DNA of 64,000 nt, from positions 1 to 64,000 of the forward strand of contig CBDFFH010000041.1 of the NCBI GenBank assembly GCA_965246715.1. Reading direction: 5' to 3'. A program made the translations under genes and the position numbers. The stretch is from Chamaesiphon sp. Its GTDB lineage: Bacteria; Cyanobacteriota; Cyanobacteriia; Cyanobacteriales; Chamaesiphonaceae. Below are positions 1-10,560 of the stretch, piece after piece; within the stretch, counting starts at the first letter, position 1, and the number at the start of each line of letters is the position of its first letter. The notes under the pieces were generated by a model, which searched no databases, had not been told where the DNA came from, and saw only the letters and a list, made by a program, of their open reading frames with translations.

Positions 1-3000
1 GGACTGGGTAGCTTTGAGGATTTCAAGGGTACGGGACAGTTCTTGGGTGCGCTCGACAACTTTTTGTTCGAGCGTGTGGCTATAATCAGCTAAGGCATCT
101 TTTGCTTGCAATAGGTCGAGATTGTTCTGTGCTAGTTGTTGGGTGAACAGCAGCCGATCGGCTTCCGCATGCTTGCGATCGGTGATATCCTGAAAGGCAG
201 CCATCGCATAAGCAACTTTACCGCGATCGTTAAAAATCGGCGTACCAGTACCTTCGATCGGAATAATTTTTTCAGGTTGGTGAATTTCCATATCCTCGAT
301 CGAGGAACATTCCCCATTCAATGCACGCACGATCGGTAAATTTTCCGCAGGGTATGGTTTGTCGCTCCCAGTTTGATAGATTTGATAAATCTCTGACAAG
401 CGATCTGGTGTAGCTTCGGCAATTATGCCCTGACCCAATAGTTCGTGTGCTTTCTGATTGATGTAATGAGGGTTGCCATTACTGTCGAGAATGGCAATTG
501 CCACTGGGACGGCATCGAGGAATTGATTTAACTTCCGCTCATTTTCATGCAATGTAATATATAGTTGTGCATTTTGCAGCGAGATCGCTACCTGTGCAGA
601 TAAGATTTGTAATACTTCTAGCCGTTCTGGGGTAAAAGCGCCAGTGGTAAGATTATTTTCTAGATATAAGATGCCATAAAGCTTACATCGATGCTCTCCT
701 GGCGCGGTGCCACCAACGAGCAATGGCGCGCACAAGATCGATTTGGGTCGAGCGACACTAATATAAGGGTCGTGGATAAATCGTCCGGTCAAGGCAGCGT
801 CATTCAAAACCACACTGGTGTGCGTATTGGCGACATAATTGACGATCGCGACTGACAAGTAAGTAGTTTGGGTAACTGGATCGATTGTCGCGATCGGCAG
901 CGATTGGAGAATCCGAACCTCGTCCCGATCTACCGCTCCTTCAGCTTCGATCGCCCAACGATAATCATCCTCTCGATGGAGATCTCGGCGCTCAGACAAT
1001 AGCAAAAAGCCTTTTTGAGCGCCGGCATTCTCGATCGCGATTTTCATCAACTTTTCGAGCAACTTATCGAGGGCGATTTCACTCGAAATTGTTTGGGATG
1101 CTTTGATAACTGTTGCTAAATCGATCGCGTCATTTTTACTAGGGAAGAGCGGTGGCAAAGTATGGCGCAACGTAGTTTCAGTCCCTGCAAAAATTGAATT
1201 AATTAGTTGGGGATAGCGTTTTTTCAGCTCTTGGACTTTACTTTGTGCGCCCCATTGTTGGTATCCTTGGTAAGCATTTTTGAGATAAATTTGTGCGAAT
1301 GCTTCTTTCCCTTGGCTCAGCCAAAACTTAGCTGCTAGTTCGTTAGCTAAAGCTTCAATTTGGATGAATTCTTGTTCTCTAGCAGCCGCGATCGCGAGAT
1401 CGTACAAGTCCATTGCTTCTTGCCACCGATCGGCAATTCTGGCTATTTCAGCAGCAACTAATAGATATTTATGCCGGAAGTTTTCTGGACAGTTATCCGC
1501 CCAAATCTGCATCTGCTGTTGGTTAGTTTCTAATTTCTGCCAATATTGCTGCCGATCTCGATCTGAAGCTGCAAGATAGAGATCGATAAGACTTAATGAG
1601 TAGTAAAAGTTATGCTCCGCGATAAAGTATTTACCTGCAACCCACATCAATAGTTCTTCAGCTGCTTGACTGGATTCGACGGCTTGGATCGAGCTACCGC
1701 AAAAGTATAAAGCTTGAGTTTTAAAAACGTGATAAATATAGATTGTCTGTGGGGCATTATCACTTTCTAAATATTGAGATTCACTCATTCCTTCAACTGA
1801 AAAATTGACATTATCTTTAGCACTTATTAAGCTATTGATAATTATTTGCAAAGGAAAAATTAACTTATTACTCAAATTTACTTTATGTTTCTTGCAAAAA
1901 TCAGCGCATAGCACAAGATTTTCTCGAATTGCATCCAACTCTACACCACTATAAAAATCAACAAATAAACCATACAATAAGTTGTAAGACGAAAACGATA
2001 TCTCACCCGATTCACATCCAGATTTATATCCATCTTCTAAGATGGATTTACACCATTTGAGTGGTTTCAGCCAACAACTTATCCAATAACCAAATATTAA
2101 AGAAGCTTTGCATTTTTGATTGGCATTGTTCTGTTTTTTGCTTAGCTTCAACTGTAGCAAACCAAATTGATAAGCAGCTTGATAATCGCCCAATGTTTGG
2201 ATAATGACAATACCATAATTAGAGTAAGAATTGACTGATTCTAGCGGATTACCATATTTGAGGTAAAGATTGATTTGTTCGACAGTCAACAAAGCGAACA
2301 GATCTAAATTTAATACATAAGCAGCCGTATCCATCGCTCCCAAAATTTTAATTGCTGCTGTTATGGTCGGGAGGCTCATCTCTGGAAGATCGATTAATAG
2401 ATCGATGCTCTGTACTTGTAACTTTTGATTAATTTGCGATATTCTGCTAGCTATTGCTAACAGAATATCAGATTGAGGTAAGTCAATACCCACTAAGAGC
2501 AATCCTTTTCGACCAGCTTCGATTGCCTCTGTATATCTAGCACTCGTAGTATAAATAACGATCGCGATCCGATAGAGTTCGGCTTTTTCGATGTTCGATC
2601 TCGCCAGTGCAAGTGCAAAATCGATCGTCTGTTCGGCGCGATCGAAATCTCCAATTATATATTCAACCTCAGCTAATTCTTTATGAATCGAGAAAAACAA
2701 TTGGGCGTTATTTTTGTAGTCACGATCGCCTAATAAATGCTTACCAATATTCAAATATTCCCAGGCTGAATTATAAGCGATCGCCGCTTTGGCTTTTTTC
2801 CCAGCAATTAAATTCAATCGAGCTAATGCTAACTTTTCGCTATCTTCCTGGATTAGATCTCGCGCCTGATTGAGATGGACAACGAAATCAAAAATCTTTT
2901 CGGCTATTTGTTCGGGTAATGTATTCTTGAGTAGCAACCGACCGATTTGGAGATGAACTCCCTGGCGCTGTAGATCGTCAATGAGATTATAGGCTGCCTG

Positions 3001-5076
3001 TTGAAGCCGATCGTGTAAGAATTTATAATTGAGGACTAATAATTGAGACTCAATCGCTTCAGCTCCGACAGCTTCTAGCTCGGAAGTTGGTAAAATTACA
3101 CCTTGTTGAATTGCGGGTAACAGTGCAGCAAATACTTCAGATGGCGAATGTTGGGCGACGATGGAGAGTGTATATAAATCGAAACTATTACCAACACAAG
3201 CTGCTAACCGTAAGACATGTTGCGTCAATTCGGGTAGTTGCTTAAGTTTATCGATCGTTAAATCGACCACATTATCGGCAATCCCCTGCCGTTCGATTGT
3301 GGCAATATCCCATAACCACCGACCTTTTTTTCGATCGAAGGAGATCGAGTTATCTCGCACTAAAGCTTTTAGAAATTCATTTATAAAAAAGGGATTGCCT
3401 TGAGTTTTCGCGACGATCTTTTCTGCTAGGGGTTGAACGATACTGGTATCCTGGCCGAGAGTGTCGGCAAGCAGATCGGTAATTTCTGGTAACATCAACG
3501 GATCTAAAACGATACCACCGATCGTCACACCATTTTTTTTTAATCCCTCTACCGTCACAATTAATGGATGAATCGGACTGACTTCATTATCGCGATAAGC
3601 GCCAATCAAAAATAGATATTCTAGTCCCTCATCACTCATTGTTAACTCGATCGATTTCAGACTAGCCAAGTCGGCCCATTGCAGATCGTCGAGAAAGATA
3701 ACTAACGGATGAGCGGCTTGACAAAATACTCGCACGAAGTTTTGAAATACTAGGTGAAATAGATTTTGATACTCTATTGGTTCTAGTCGCTGGACGGCTG
3801 GTTGAGCATCGATAATTAGTTCTACTTCCGGAATGACATCGATGATTATTTGTCCGTTTGTGCCTAAAGCTGCCAACAATTTTGACTTCCACCGATCGAG
3901 TTCGACTTCACTTTCACTGAGGATCTGTCGCACTAACGATCGAAATGCTTGAACGATCGCCGAATAGGGAATATTGCGCTGAAACTGGTCGAATTTACCA
4001 GTAATAAAATAGCCATGTTTCTCAGTAATTGGTTTATAAATCTCCCGCACCAATGCTGATTTACCGATGCCGGAGTAACCAGTTACTAGCATCATTTCCA
4101 CATTCGATCGCTGCTCTAGTGGAGTTGCTACGCGAACGAATGCGGCGATTAACATCGCAATTTCTCGATCGCGACCATAGAGTTTTTGGGGAATTTGAAA
4201 CTTACCAGAAAGATCGCGGCGTGCGAGGGGAAAGTCCACAATCGTTCCCTGGCGCTGTAGCTGCTCCAAGCACGTCGCTAAGTCTGCCGTGAGTCCCTCG
4301 GCACTTTGATATCGCTCCTCGGCTGTTTTGGCTAATAGTTTCATCACTAGCTGGGAAACAGTTGGCGGAATTGCTGGCACCAGTTGGTGCGGGGGGATGG
4401 GCTGCTTGGCAAGATGACAAGCAACTAACTCTAGCGGGTCGGTAGTGACAAACGGCAGGCGGTGAGTCAGCAGTTGATATAGTGTCGCCCCCAGGGAATA
4501 AAAGTCCGTGCGATAGTCTAAATTCCGATTCATTCTGCCAGTTTGTTCTGGCGACATATACATTAATGTACCTTCGAGAACATGCGGAGATTTAATCGCG
4601 GTATTTTCGCTTGTGAAGATACTGGAAATACCAAAATCAATAATCTTCATCCGCCCGGTCGATCGATTGAGAATGATATTAGACGGATTGATATCTTTGT
4701 GAATAATATTCGCAGCATGAATTTCGCCGAGTGTCTTCGCAATCTGCATCGCTAATGAGAGCACTTCCGCGATCGTAAAGTTATGCGCTTGTGCCAATAT
4801 TTCCAAAGATTCTCCACCAAAATCTTCTAAACAAATTAGCAGCGTATTCTGATATTTTTGCAACCGATCGGCTTTAATTACACCGTCTAATTTTAGCGAT
4901 TGCAAGATCTCATATTCTTGCTTATATCGGTTCGATTCGGCTGGGGTAGGATAATTGGGCTTGAGCACCTTGAGAATAACGGTGCGCTTGATTCGATCGC
5001 AGTATGCCCGATACACCAGCGAATTGGCACTATTATAAATTTGTTCCAAAATTTCATAGCCGGGAATTATTAACAT
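1..5076 (-). CDS. Ser/Thr kinase-AAA ATPase-GAF-PAS sensor protein (probable C-terminal His kinase beyond window; 3' partial)
   Basis: Hand translation from ATG at 5076 (MLIIPGYEILEQIYNSANSLVYRA). Motifs IIHKDINPSNI, IIDFGIS, GTLMYMSPEQTGRMNR, Walker A GYSGIGKS and GAF end LYGILYLENN. The same frame at the window edge reads YSHTLEQKVVERTQELSRTLEILKATQ. Probably absent from the ORF track because its stop lies outside the window; not every codon was checked. Confidence 0.92.
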   Translation of the reverse strand, partial: MLIIPGYEILEQIYNSANSLVYRAYCDRIKRTVILKVLKPNYPTPAESNRYKQEYEILQSLKLDGVIKADRLQKYQNTLLICLEDFGGESLEILAQAHNFTIAEVLSLAMQIAKTLGEIHAANIIHKDINPSNIILNRSTGRMKIIDFGISSIFTSENTAIKSPHVLEGTLMYMSPEQTGRMNRNLDYRTDFYSLGATLYQLLTHRLPFVTTDPLELVACHLAKQPIPPHQLVPAIPPTVSQLVMKLLAKTAEERYQSAEGLTADLATCLEQLQRQGTIVDFPLARRDLSGKFQIPQKLYGRDREIAMLIAAFVRVATPLEQRSNVEMMLVTGYSGIGKSALVREIYKPITEKHGYFITGKFDQFQRNIPYSAIVQAFRSLVRQILSESEVELDRWKSKLLAALGTNGQIIIDVIPEVELIIDAQPAVQRLEPIEYQNLFHLVFQNFVRVFCQAAHPLVIFLDDLQWADLASLKSIELTMSDEGLEYLFLIGAYRDNEVSPIHPLIVTVEGLKKNGVTIGGIVLDPLMLPEITDLLADTLGQDTSIVQPLAEKIVAKTQGNPFFINEFLKALVRDNSISFDRKKGRWLWDIATIERQGIADNVVDLTIDKLKQLPELTQHVLRLAACVGNSFDLYTLSIVAQHSPSEVFAALLPAIQQGVILPTSELEAVGAEAIESQLLVLNYKFLHDRLQQAAYNLIDDLQRQGVHLQIGRLLLKNTLPEQIAEKIFDFVVHLNQARDLIQEDSEKLALARLNLIAGKKAKAAIAYNSAWEYLNIGKHLLGDRDYKNNAQLFFSIHKELAEVEYIIGDFDRAEQTIDFALALARSNIEKAELYRIAIVIYTTSARYTEAIEAGRKGLLLVGIDLPQSDILLAIASRISQINQKLQVQSIDLLIDLPEMSLPTITAAIKILGAMDTAAYVLNLDLFALLTVEQINLYLKYGNPLESVNSYSNYGIVIIQTLGDYQAAYQFGLLQLKLSKKQNNANQKCKASLIFGYWISCWLKPLKWCKSILEDGYKSGCESGEISFSSYNLLYGLFVDFYSGVELDAIRENLVLCADFCKKHKVNLSNKLIFPLQIIINSLISAKDNVNFSVEGMSESQYLESDNAPQTIYIYHVFKTQALYFCGSSIQAVESSQAAEELLMWVAGKYFIAEHNFYYSLSLIDLYLAASDRDRQQYWQKLETNQQQMQIWADNCPENFRHKYLLVAAEIARIADRWQEAMDLYDLAIAAAREQEFIQIEALANELAAKFWLSQGKEAFAQIYLKNAYQGYQQWGAQSKVQELKKRYPQLINSIFAGTETTLRHTLPPLFPSKNDAIDLATVIKASQTISSEIALDKLLEKLMKIAIENAGAQKGFLLLSERRDLHREDDYRWAIEAEGAVDRDEVRILQSLPIATIDPVTQTTYLSVAIVNYVANTHTSVVLNDAALTGRFIHDPYISVARPKSILCAPLLVGGTAPGEHRCKLYGILYLENNLTTGAFTPERLEVLQILSAQVAISLQNAQLYITLHENERKLNQFLDAVPVAIAILDSNGNPHYINQKAHELLGQGIIAEATPDRLSEIYQIYQTGSDKPYPAENLPIVRALNGECSSIEDMEIHQPEKIIPIEGTGTPIFNDRGKVAYAMAAFQDITDRKHAEADRLLFTQQLAQNNLDLLQAKDALADYSHTLEQKVVERTQELSRTLEILKATQS
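693..716 (-). mobile_element. 24-nt SDR-like insertion in a CG^ATCG site, in-frame within the GAF domain
   Basis: Minus strand CTCG|TTGGTGGCACCGCGCCAGGAGAGC|ATCGA. Removal restores CTCGATCGA (L-D-R) and a normal-length GAF motif CAPLLxxxKLxGILYLEN. Confidence 0.7.
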
Positions 5077-5171
5077 AATTAAGTTATATTGTTAAAAATT
5101 TATCCAAACTCCCCGGACAGATCCCCGATAGCTCCCCAACTTCTGCAAGAAATCGGTGAGCTGAGACGAAA

Positions 5172-7067
5172 TTAGGCCCAAGGCAATCCCGCCTGATAGC
5201 GGAGCCGATCGTAAAATCGGAACGGAGCAAAAATTTCCGGTTCGTGTAATTCCCAGATTTTACAAGGAATCGCCAGATTGCCAGATGCGGCGATGATCGC
5301 ATTTACCGCTCGTCGCGCCGCTTCATTTGCACCTTCCATCGTAGCTAAATCGGTATTAGTCCGAACATAGTCGGAAGCAAGAAACAGATTTGGTATCCGC
5401 GTCGTAGCATCTGGACGCAGTTGCCAAGTATTGACGAGATTGACCAATAACGGCTCGAGATTGAGCTTGCTGGTAATATCAAAGGTTGATTGATAGACGG
5501 TCGTGCCATCCTCGCGCACGATCGTTTTCACATAACCGAGATCGATCAGTGCCTGAAGTATTTCTTTGGCTTCTTGGCGCATCTCTGCGGTATCTGGGGG
5601 TTTGACCTGTTGCAAATTTGGACTCGACCGTAAATGCTCGGCTGCTTGGTCGAGAGTGACTGTATCGACCTCCGGCAAAGTGATCCATTGCAACAGTTCT
5701 TTTTCTGGATCGATAATATCGGGATCGAGAAACCAAGAGTGGATATTTTCATCTTTGAGAATTTCCCGACCGTTGACATTTAAACTGCGTTTGAGTTGCG
5801 CCCAAACTTCCGCTTGAATCTCTTCGTCAGTACAATCTTTAGCATATTTATGAATTTTAATCCCTTTGCTTTGGGGTTCTTCCACATCATTAAATGGCCC
5901 CCAATCAGAGATATCTACTGACAAAATTCCCTTGACTAAACCATCACCATATTCATTTAAATCGACATTCGCCCAAAATTGTTTTTGGGAAATCATTGTC
6001 AGCGCCCAGGGTGTATCGACAAGTAAGATGTGTCCGTGAGTAAGGGGCAGATCTTCTTTGAGATAAAATTGAATACCATTCATCCAAGCAACATTTTTAG
6101 CTAAAGTACGAATGTTATTCAAACTCGGGTCGTAGCGATCGAGATGACTGTTGAGAATCAGTCGATCCATCACCTCAACCGGGACTGCGGCAATATAATA
6201 GTCACCCTCAACTTCATACTCTTGATTAGTCTCTAAGTTTCTAATCGTGGCACTTGTAATCTGACCATTATCGCAATTGATGGCAGTAACTAAGCTATCG
6301 AAGTGATAGTCTACACCATAAGTTTTTAAGTGTGCCAACCAAGGTTCGATCCATACTTCGTTTGTTGGGCCATTTAACAAGCGATCGGTACTAATCGTGG
6401 GATTACTCAGATCTAGTAATAGTTGAATCAGAATATCGCCGACTGTCTTCGTGCTAGCGAGATGTGCTTTTGATGCCACCAATGATTCGGTCAGACCTTT
6501 AGCCAACAAACTGCGATATTCCGCAGAAAAATTATCGGCTCCGATATAAGTCCACCAATCAATTTTCTCGTATTCACCGATCCGGCGTTCTTCACAGCTG
6601 GTAATCAACTGCCATAATTTACTGACAAAGAATGTTAATTCTTGCTCCGTAAGCTTGACCTGACCGGCAATTAATTGGGTAAAAGCATGGAGCGATAATT
6701 TAATATCGTCGATCGTCGTGGGAAATTTAGCTGGGAAGATTAATTCTTCTTTATCAAAACGTGGGATCGAAATCTGTGTTGCTTCGACCAGATTATCAAA
6801 TACCCCCTGGTGATTATTTCCATAGGGGATGCGTTTCATCGTATCGGTAATATGCTGATAAAAGCCGGGGAAAAAACGAAAGCCATGCTCTCCTGGTAGA
6901 TCTTTTTTACCATTTTTGCCACTGCCAGGAATCGGAATACTGCGAGCTTTGCCACCAGGAATGTCGTTATTTTCATATACCGCTACATCAAAACCCCGTT
7001 CCGCTAGTTCGTGAGCGGCACTCATCCCCGCCACGCCACCACCCAAGATAACAACTTTCTTTTTCAT
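5172..7067 (-). CDS. FAD-dependent oxidoreductase (amine oxidase/carotene desaturase/HpnE-like) with ~80-aa insert
   Basis: N-terminal GGGVAG dinucleotide motif, GGKARS, GEHGFRFFPGFY, C-terminal NLFLASDY...ATMEGANEAARRAV. ATG at 7067 preceded by GGAG. Confidence 0.85.
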   Translation of the reverse strand: MKKKVVILGGGVAGMSAAHELAERGFDVAVYENNDIPGGKARSIPIPGSGKNGKKDLPGEHGFRFFPGFYQHITDTMKRIPYGNNHQGVFDNLVEATQISIPRFDKEELIFPAKFPTTIDDIKLSLHAFTQLIAGQVKLTEQELTFFVSKLWQLITSCEERRIGEYEKIDWWTYIGADNFSAEYRSLLAKGLTESLVASKAHLASTKTVGDILIQLLLDLSNPTISTDRLLNGPTNEVWIEPWLAHLKTYGVDYHFDSLVTAINCDNGQITSATIRNLETNQEYEVEGDYYIAAVPVEVMDRLILNSHLDRYDPSLNNIRTLAKNVAWMNGIQFYLKEDLPLTHGHILLVDTPWALTMISQKQFWANVDLNEYGDGLVKGILSVDISDWGPFNDVEEPQSKGIKIHKYAKDCTDEEIQAEVWAQLKRSLNVNGREILKDENIHSWFLDPDIIDPEKELLQWITLPEVDTVTLDQAAEHLRSSPNLQQVKPPDTAEMRQEAKEILQALIDLGYVKTIVREDGTTVYQSTFDITSKLNLEPLLVNLVNTWQLRPDATTRIPNLFLASDYVRTNTDLATMEGANEAARRAVNAIIAASGNLAIPCKIWELHEPEIFAPFRFYDRLRYQAGLPWA

Positions 7068-7216
7068 CTCGAACTCCAAGTTTGCGATCGACTAGCGTTA
7101 GTCAAAGTTATCTGCTATTCTACCGCTAAAATTTAGTTTTTGTAGTGTCGATCGTCACGCTGAATTATCGAGCTGTGCTGTTTGTGTTGGGGAACAAAGG
7201 CGTGCGCGAAATGCTG

Positions 7217-8530
7217 TCAGCTATCCGCTGTCCGCTGTTTAAAAGCTTGCCGATATAACTCACAGCTTGGGACTGCTTTCTCTCCTACTCGTTCGATCAG
7301 ACCCAAACTGCTCAACTTATAAGCTAGAATCGGCGCTAAGGAGATCGGCGCTGGAGCATTCATGACGGTCGCGAGTGCTTGTGCCAATTCTGGCTGCTCG
7401 GCCAATGTTGCCCAATAACGTTGTAATCGATCGTGATAAATTCCAGTGGGTGTAGCAGCATTATCCAGTAGTTGTGACAGAGTTACCTCCCCACGACTGA
7501 GATGGTAAAGTGCGATATTTACCAGTGCGGGATGTCCTTCGATCTTCTGCATCAGTTGCTGGGCTGCCACTCCATCCTCCCAATCGAGTCCATAGCAGCG
7601 AGCTAACTGTTGCACTTCCTGCTGGGTGAAGGTGTTGAGCTGAACTGGCAATCCGACATTAAATGGGGACTGATTGAGCTGGAGCGGAACGTAGATTTCT
7701 GTCGAGTGCACCACGATTAGACGCAGCTTTTGCCAGACTGGAAGAGTTTTGGCTTCCTCATACCAAGAGCGCAGCAGGGGGAGGAAATCCTTGGCAACCT
7801 CAGGATGCTCGAACAACTGATTTACCTCATCTAACGCCAAGATGAGGGGAGTATTAATTTCCGCAAGTAGATATTGTTGGAAGTAGGTAGTACAGCTAAT
7901 TTTGCTGCCAAGATCCTCATCCCAATACGCCTCTAGCTGTGGCTTGAGCTGAAGCTGGCGGGCGGTATTGGCACACAGCAAGCGCAGAAATCGATCGAAA
8001 TCGCTCAGGATCGATCGATCGACTTGCTCTAGGTTCAAACAGACAGTATGATAGCCCAAGCGTTTGGCTCGATCGAGCACCCTTAGCAACAACGAAGTTT
8101 TGCCCATTTCTCTGGGCGCTTTAATCCTTACTAATGCGCCAGGTTTCCTAATTTCTCGATCGATCTGTGCTTCTTGAGGGAGGCGTTCCAAGTAGAATGT
8201 CGAACCAAGTGGGATCGAGCCGCTTGGGTAGCGGGGCAATCTGTCTTCGCTGACATCGATTGCTTCAGGCAAAACTGGATTTTTGTTGATGGTCTGGGAG
8301 GAAACTTCATAATTAAGATTGGCAATTTCGCTCCAGTCCAGTGCCAATCGCCGACAAAGTTCTTCAAAAGTTGCGAAGTCAACAGGCTTACCCATTAGAA
8401 AATTGCTGACTGTTGCCCGCGCAAATCCGACATCCTCAGCTAGCGCTCTTTGGCTGGGAAATCCGTTACGTCTGAGTGCTAATTTGACTAATTCCAGGCA
8501 ATCCTGTTTGACTCGGAGCGATCTGGACAT
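7217..8530 (-). CDS. XRE-type HTH + AAA_35 (AAA-like) domain protein
   Basis: N-terminal SQRALAEDVGFARATVSNFLMGKP HTH; IKAPREMGKTSL Walker A; LALDEV Walker B; QSPFNVG motif typical of cyanobacterial AAA_35 proteins. Confidence 0.85.
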   Translation of the reverse strand: MSRSLRVKQDCLELVKLALRRNGFPSQRALAEDVGFARATVSNFLMGKPVDFATFEELCRRLALDWSEIANLNYEVSSQTINKNPVLPEAIDVSEDRLPRYPSGSIPLGSTFYLERLPQEAQIDREIRKPGALVRIKAPREMGKTSLLLRVLDRAKRLGYHTVCLNLEQVDRSILSDFDRFLRLLCANTARQLQLKPQLEAYWDEDLGSKISCTTYFQQYLLAEINTPLILALDEVNQLFEHPEVAKDFLPLLRSWYEEAKTLPVWQKLRLIVVHSTEIYVPLQLNQSPFNVGLPVQLNTFTQQEVQQLARCYGLDWEDGVAAQQLMQKIEGHPALVNIALYHLSRGEVTLSQLLDNAATPTGIYHDRLQRYWATLAEQPELAQALATVMNAPAPISLAPILAYKLSSLGLIERVGEKAVPSCELYRQAFKQRTADS

Positions 8531-8543
8531 AAAGCCTCAACGT

Positions 8544-8767
8544 ACAACTAGATCGATATTACAACATTAAGTCAGATCGAAGTCAGTCACAAGTCAGGAT
8601 CGAGTCAGTCAGATCTCAGGATCGAACTGAGATGGCGATCGAGTTCGAATGGAGAGCGCCCACCAACTACTTTAGAAATAAATTGCAGCGATCCGAATCT
8701 CTAGCGATTGCGGACAACTAAATCGATATTACAACATTAAGTCAGAGCGAAAGTAGTCACAAGTCAG
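8544..8767. repeat. Two ~54-bp direct repeats 170 bp apart containing multiple AGTCA(G) boxes
   Basis: ACAACTAGATCGATATTACAACATTAAGTCAGATCGAAGTCAGTCACAAGTCAG (8544-8597) versus ACAACTAAATCGATATTACAACATTAAGTCAGAGCGAAAGTAGTCACAAGTCAG (8714-8767). Confidence 0.9.
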
Positions 8768-8916
8768 TCAAATCTAATACTCTAACTCAGTCAGCTATAC
8801 AGTTTGATGTATATATCAGTCACTCATGACTATTCGGTATAAATCGCCACTGGACAATTTTTAAACATAATTTCAAGATTCGATCGTCCCATTTGTAAAA
8901 ATCTTTAGATAAGAAA

Positions 8917-9546
8917 ATGAACGAGAGATATAATTATCAGACAGGTCGACGCAGCAACGAATCTAGCTCTTACTACAATCGTGGAATTGCTAATTTTAGA
9001 TTGGGCGATAATCACGGCGCAATTATCAATTACGATCTCGCGATCGCCCTAGAACCTAATTTTGCTGAAGCTTACAATAATAGAGGGCTTGCTAAGTCTG
9101 AATCGGGCGATAAACAGGAGGCGATCGTTGACTACAATATTGCCGTTTGTATCGATCCGCATTTAGCGAAAGCATATAACAATCGTGGGAATACCAAAGC
9201 TGAATTAGGTGATTGTCAAGGTGCAATTATCGATTACAATCTTGCCCTCAAATTCAATCCTAATTTAGTCGAGGCTTATTACAATCTCGCCAATGTTAAA
9301 TTTGCCCAAGGAGATAATGCTGGCGCTTTGAGCGATTGCGATCGCGTCATCGATCTGGATGCCGAGGATGCTGAATCTTATCATATCAGAGGAATTCTCC
9401 ACGAGCGGTTGGGCAACAGACAGCAAGCTGTAAAAGACTTAGAGCGTGCCGCTTGTTTATTTCGCCAGCAGGATAAGATCGATGCATATCATCGGGTAAT
9501 GTCCTTGTCTCGAAAGGTGTTAAGCGAAATCCTGGCTTACGGCTGA
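8917..9546 (+). CDS. Tetratricopeptide repeat protein
   Basis: Repeated AYxNRG..K..LGD...AI.DY..A TPR units. Confidence 0.9.
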   Translation: MNERYNYQTGRRSNESSSYYNRGIANFRLGDNHGAIINYDLAIALEPNFAEAYNNRGLAKSESGDKQEAIVDYNIAVCIDPHLAKAYNNRGNTKAELGDCQGAIIDYNLALKFNPNLVEAYYNLANVKFAQGDNAGALSDCDRVIDLDAEDAESYHIRGILHERLGNRQQAVKDLERAACLFRQQDKIDAYHRVMSLSRKVLSEILAYG

Positions 9547-9772
9547 CCGGATGACTTATCGATTGTGATAAGTTAAGTCGCGCCGATTGTTGTCCGATCG
9601 CTAGAATTTTAGCTGCTGAGAACCTCTAACTTTCATCGCTATTTCTAAGTTCCTTCCGATAAATTTTTCGATCGGGAGGTGCTGGTTTCATTTCACTCTG
9701 TCACCTTTTAAGGAATCAGACATTGACACGTGGTAGCTTAGATCGAGATTTTTCTTAATTGAGTGAGTGTCG

Positions 9773-10504
9773 ATGTCTAAGCAATTGTGGAAATTAATTG
9801 GTGTGGTGGGGATGTTATCGATCGCAGCTGGCTGTAGTAGAGCGCCAGTGGCTTCTAGTAATATGCCCGAAACAGCCTCAGTGCCAGATGCTGTCAGAAG
9901 TGTCGCGCAGGAAAGCCCAGCTACTGCGCCCAAAGTCTGGATGACGGATTTTCAGACGATTAGTGGGACTCCTTATCTATACGCACCGATTTATATCGCG
10001 ACAGCAGAACAGCGTCAAAGTATCAGTAAACAGATTAAATCAGCAGTATATAACCGCAGCTATGATAGCAACATCGACATTCGCAACTATATGTTCGTCC
10101 ATCGCGACAACTTATCGGCTACAAAATTATTAGCGAATAACACTGGGCGAATTATTGAGCTGGAGCAACTTGGCGAACCTGCGCCGCAGCCTAAATATGG
10201 GAAGATTTCAACTTCAGCCCCCATCCCGCAAAAAGTTACTACTTTCTGGTATAAAAAGGTCACAACCGACACCAACGGAGATAAGACACTCGACGAACGC
10301 GATCGACTGACGATCGCGCTATCTGATGTTTCTGGTGCCAACTATACAGAAATTATTAAGGAAATCGATAAAATTATCTTAATCTACCCCAAAGGTACCA
10401 ACCGACGGTTGGTGATTTACGCTACTGGCACCAAGCATTTTGTTGCTGATGTCGATATTCCTAAACGCACAGCCACCATCAAGGAATTACCATCGGTGAA
10501 TTAG
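9773..10504 (+). CDS. Hypothetical lipoprotein
   Basis: Signal peptide ending in lipobox IAAGC; DTNGDKTLD Ca-binding-like loop. Confidence 0.7.
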   Translation: MSKQLWKLIGVVGMLSIAAGCSRAPVASSNMPETASVPDAVRSVAQESPATAPKVWMTDFQTISGTPYLYAPIYIATAEQRQSISKQIKSAVYNRSYDSNIDIRNYMFVHRDNLSATKLLANNTGRIIELEQLGEPAPQPKYGKISTSAPIPQKVTTFWYKKVTTDTNGDKTLDERDRLTIALSDVSGANYTEIIKEIDKIILIYPKGTNRRLVIYATGTKHFVADVDIPKRTATIKELPSVN

Positions 10505-10560
10505 GCTAAGGGTTGTGACGATCGACCCCTGTTTTTAAAAATGGTGCGGTACACTGTAGA

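Noticed and set aside
132..4420. Many 60-90 aa ORFs in the ORF track
   Set aside because: Shadow ORFs overlapping the long minus-strand kinase frame; no motifs.
8544..8767. Possible CRISPR array
   Set aside because: Only two ~54-bp copies with a ~116-bp gap; no regular repeat-spacer structure or cas genes.
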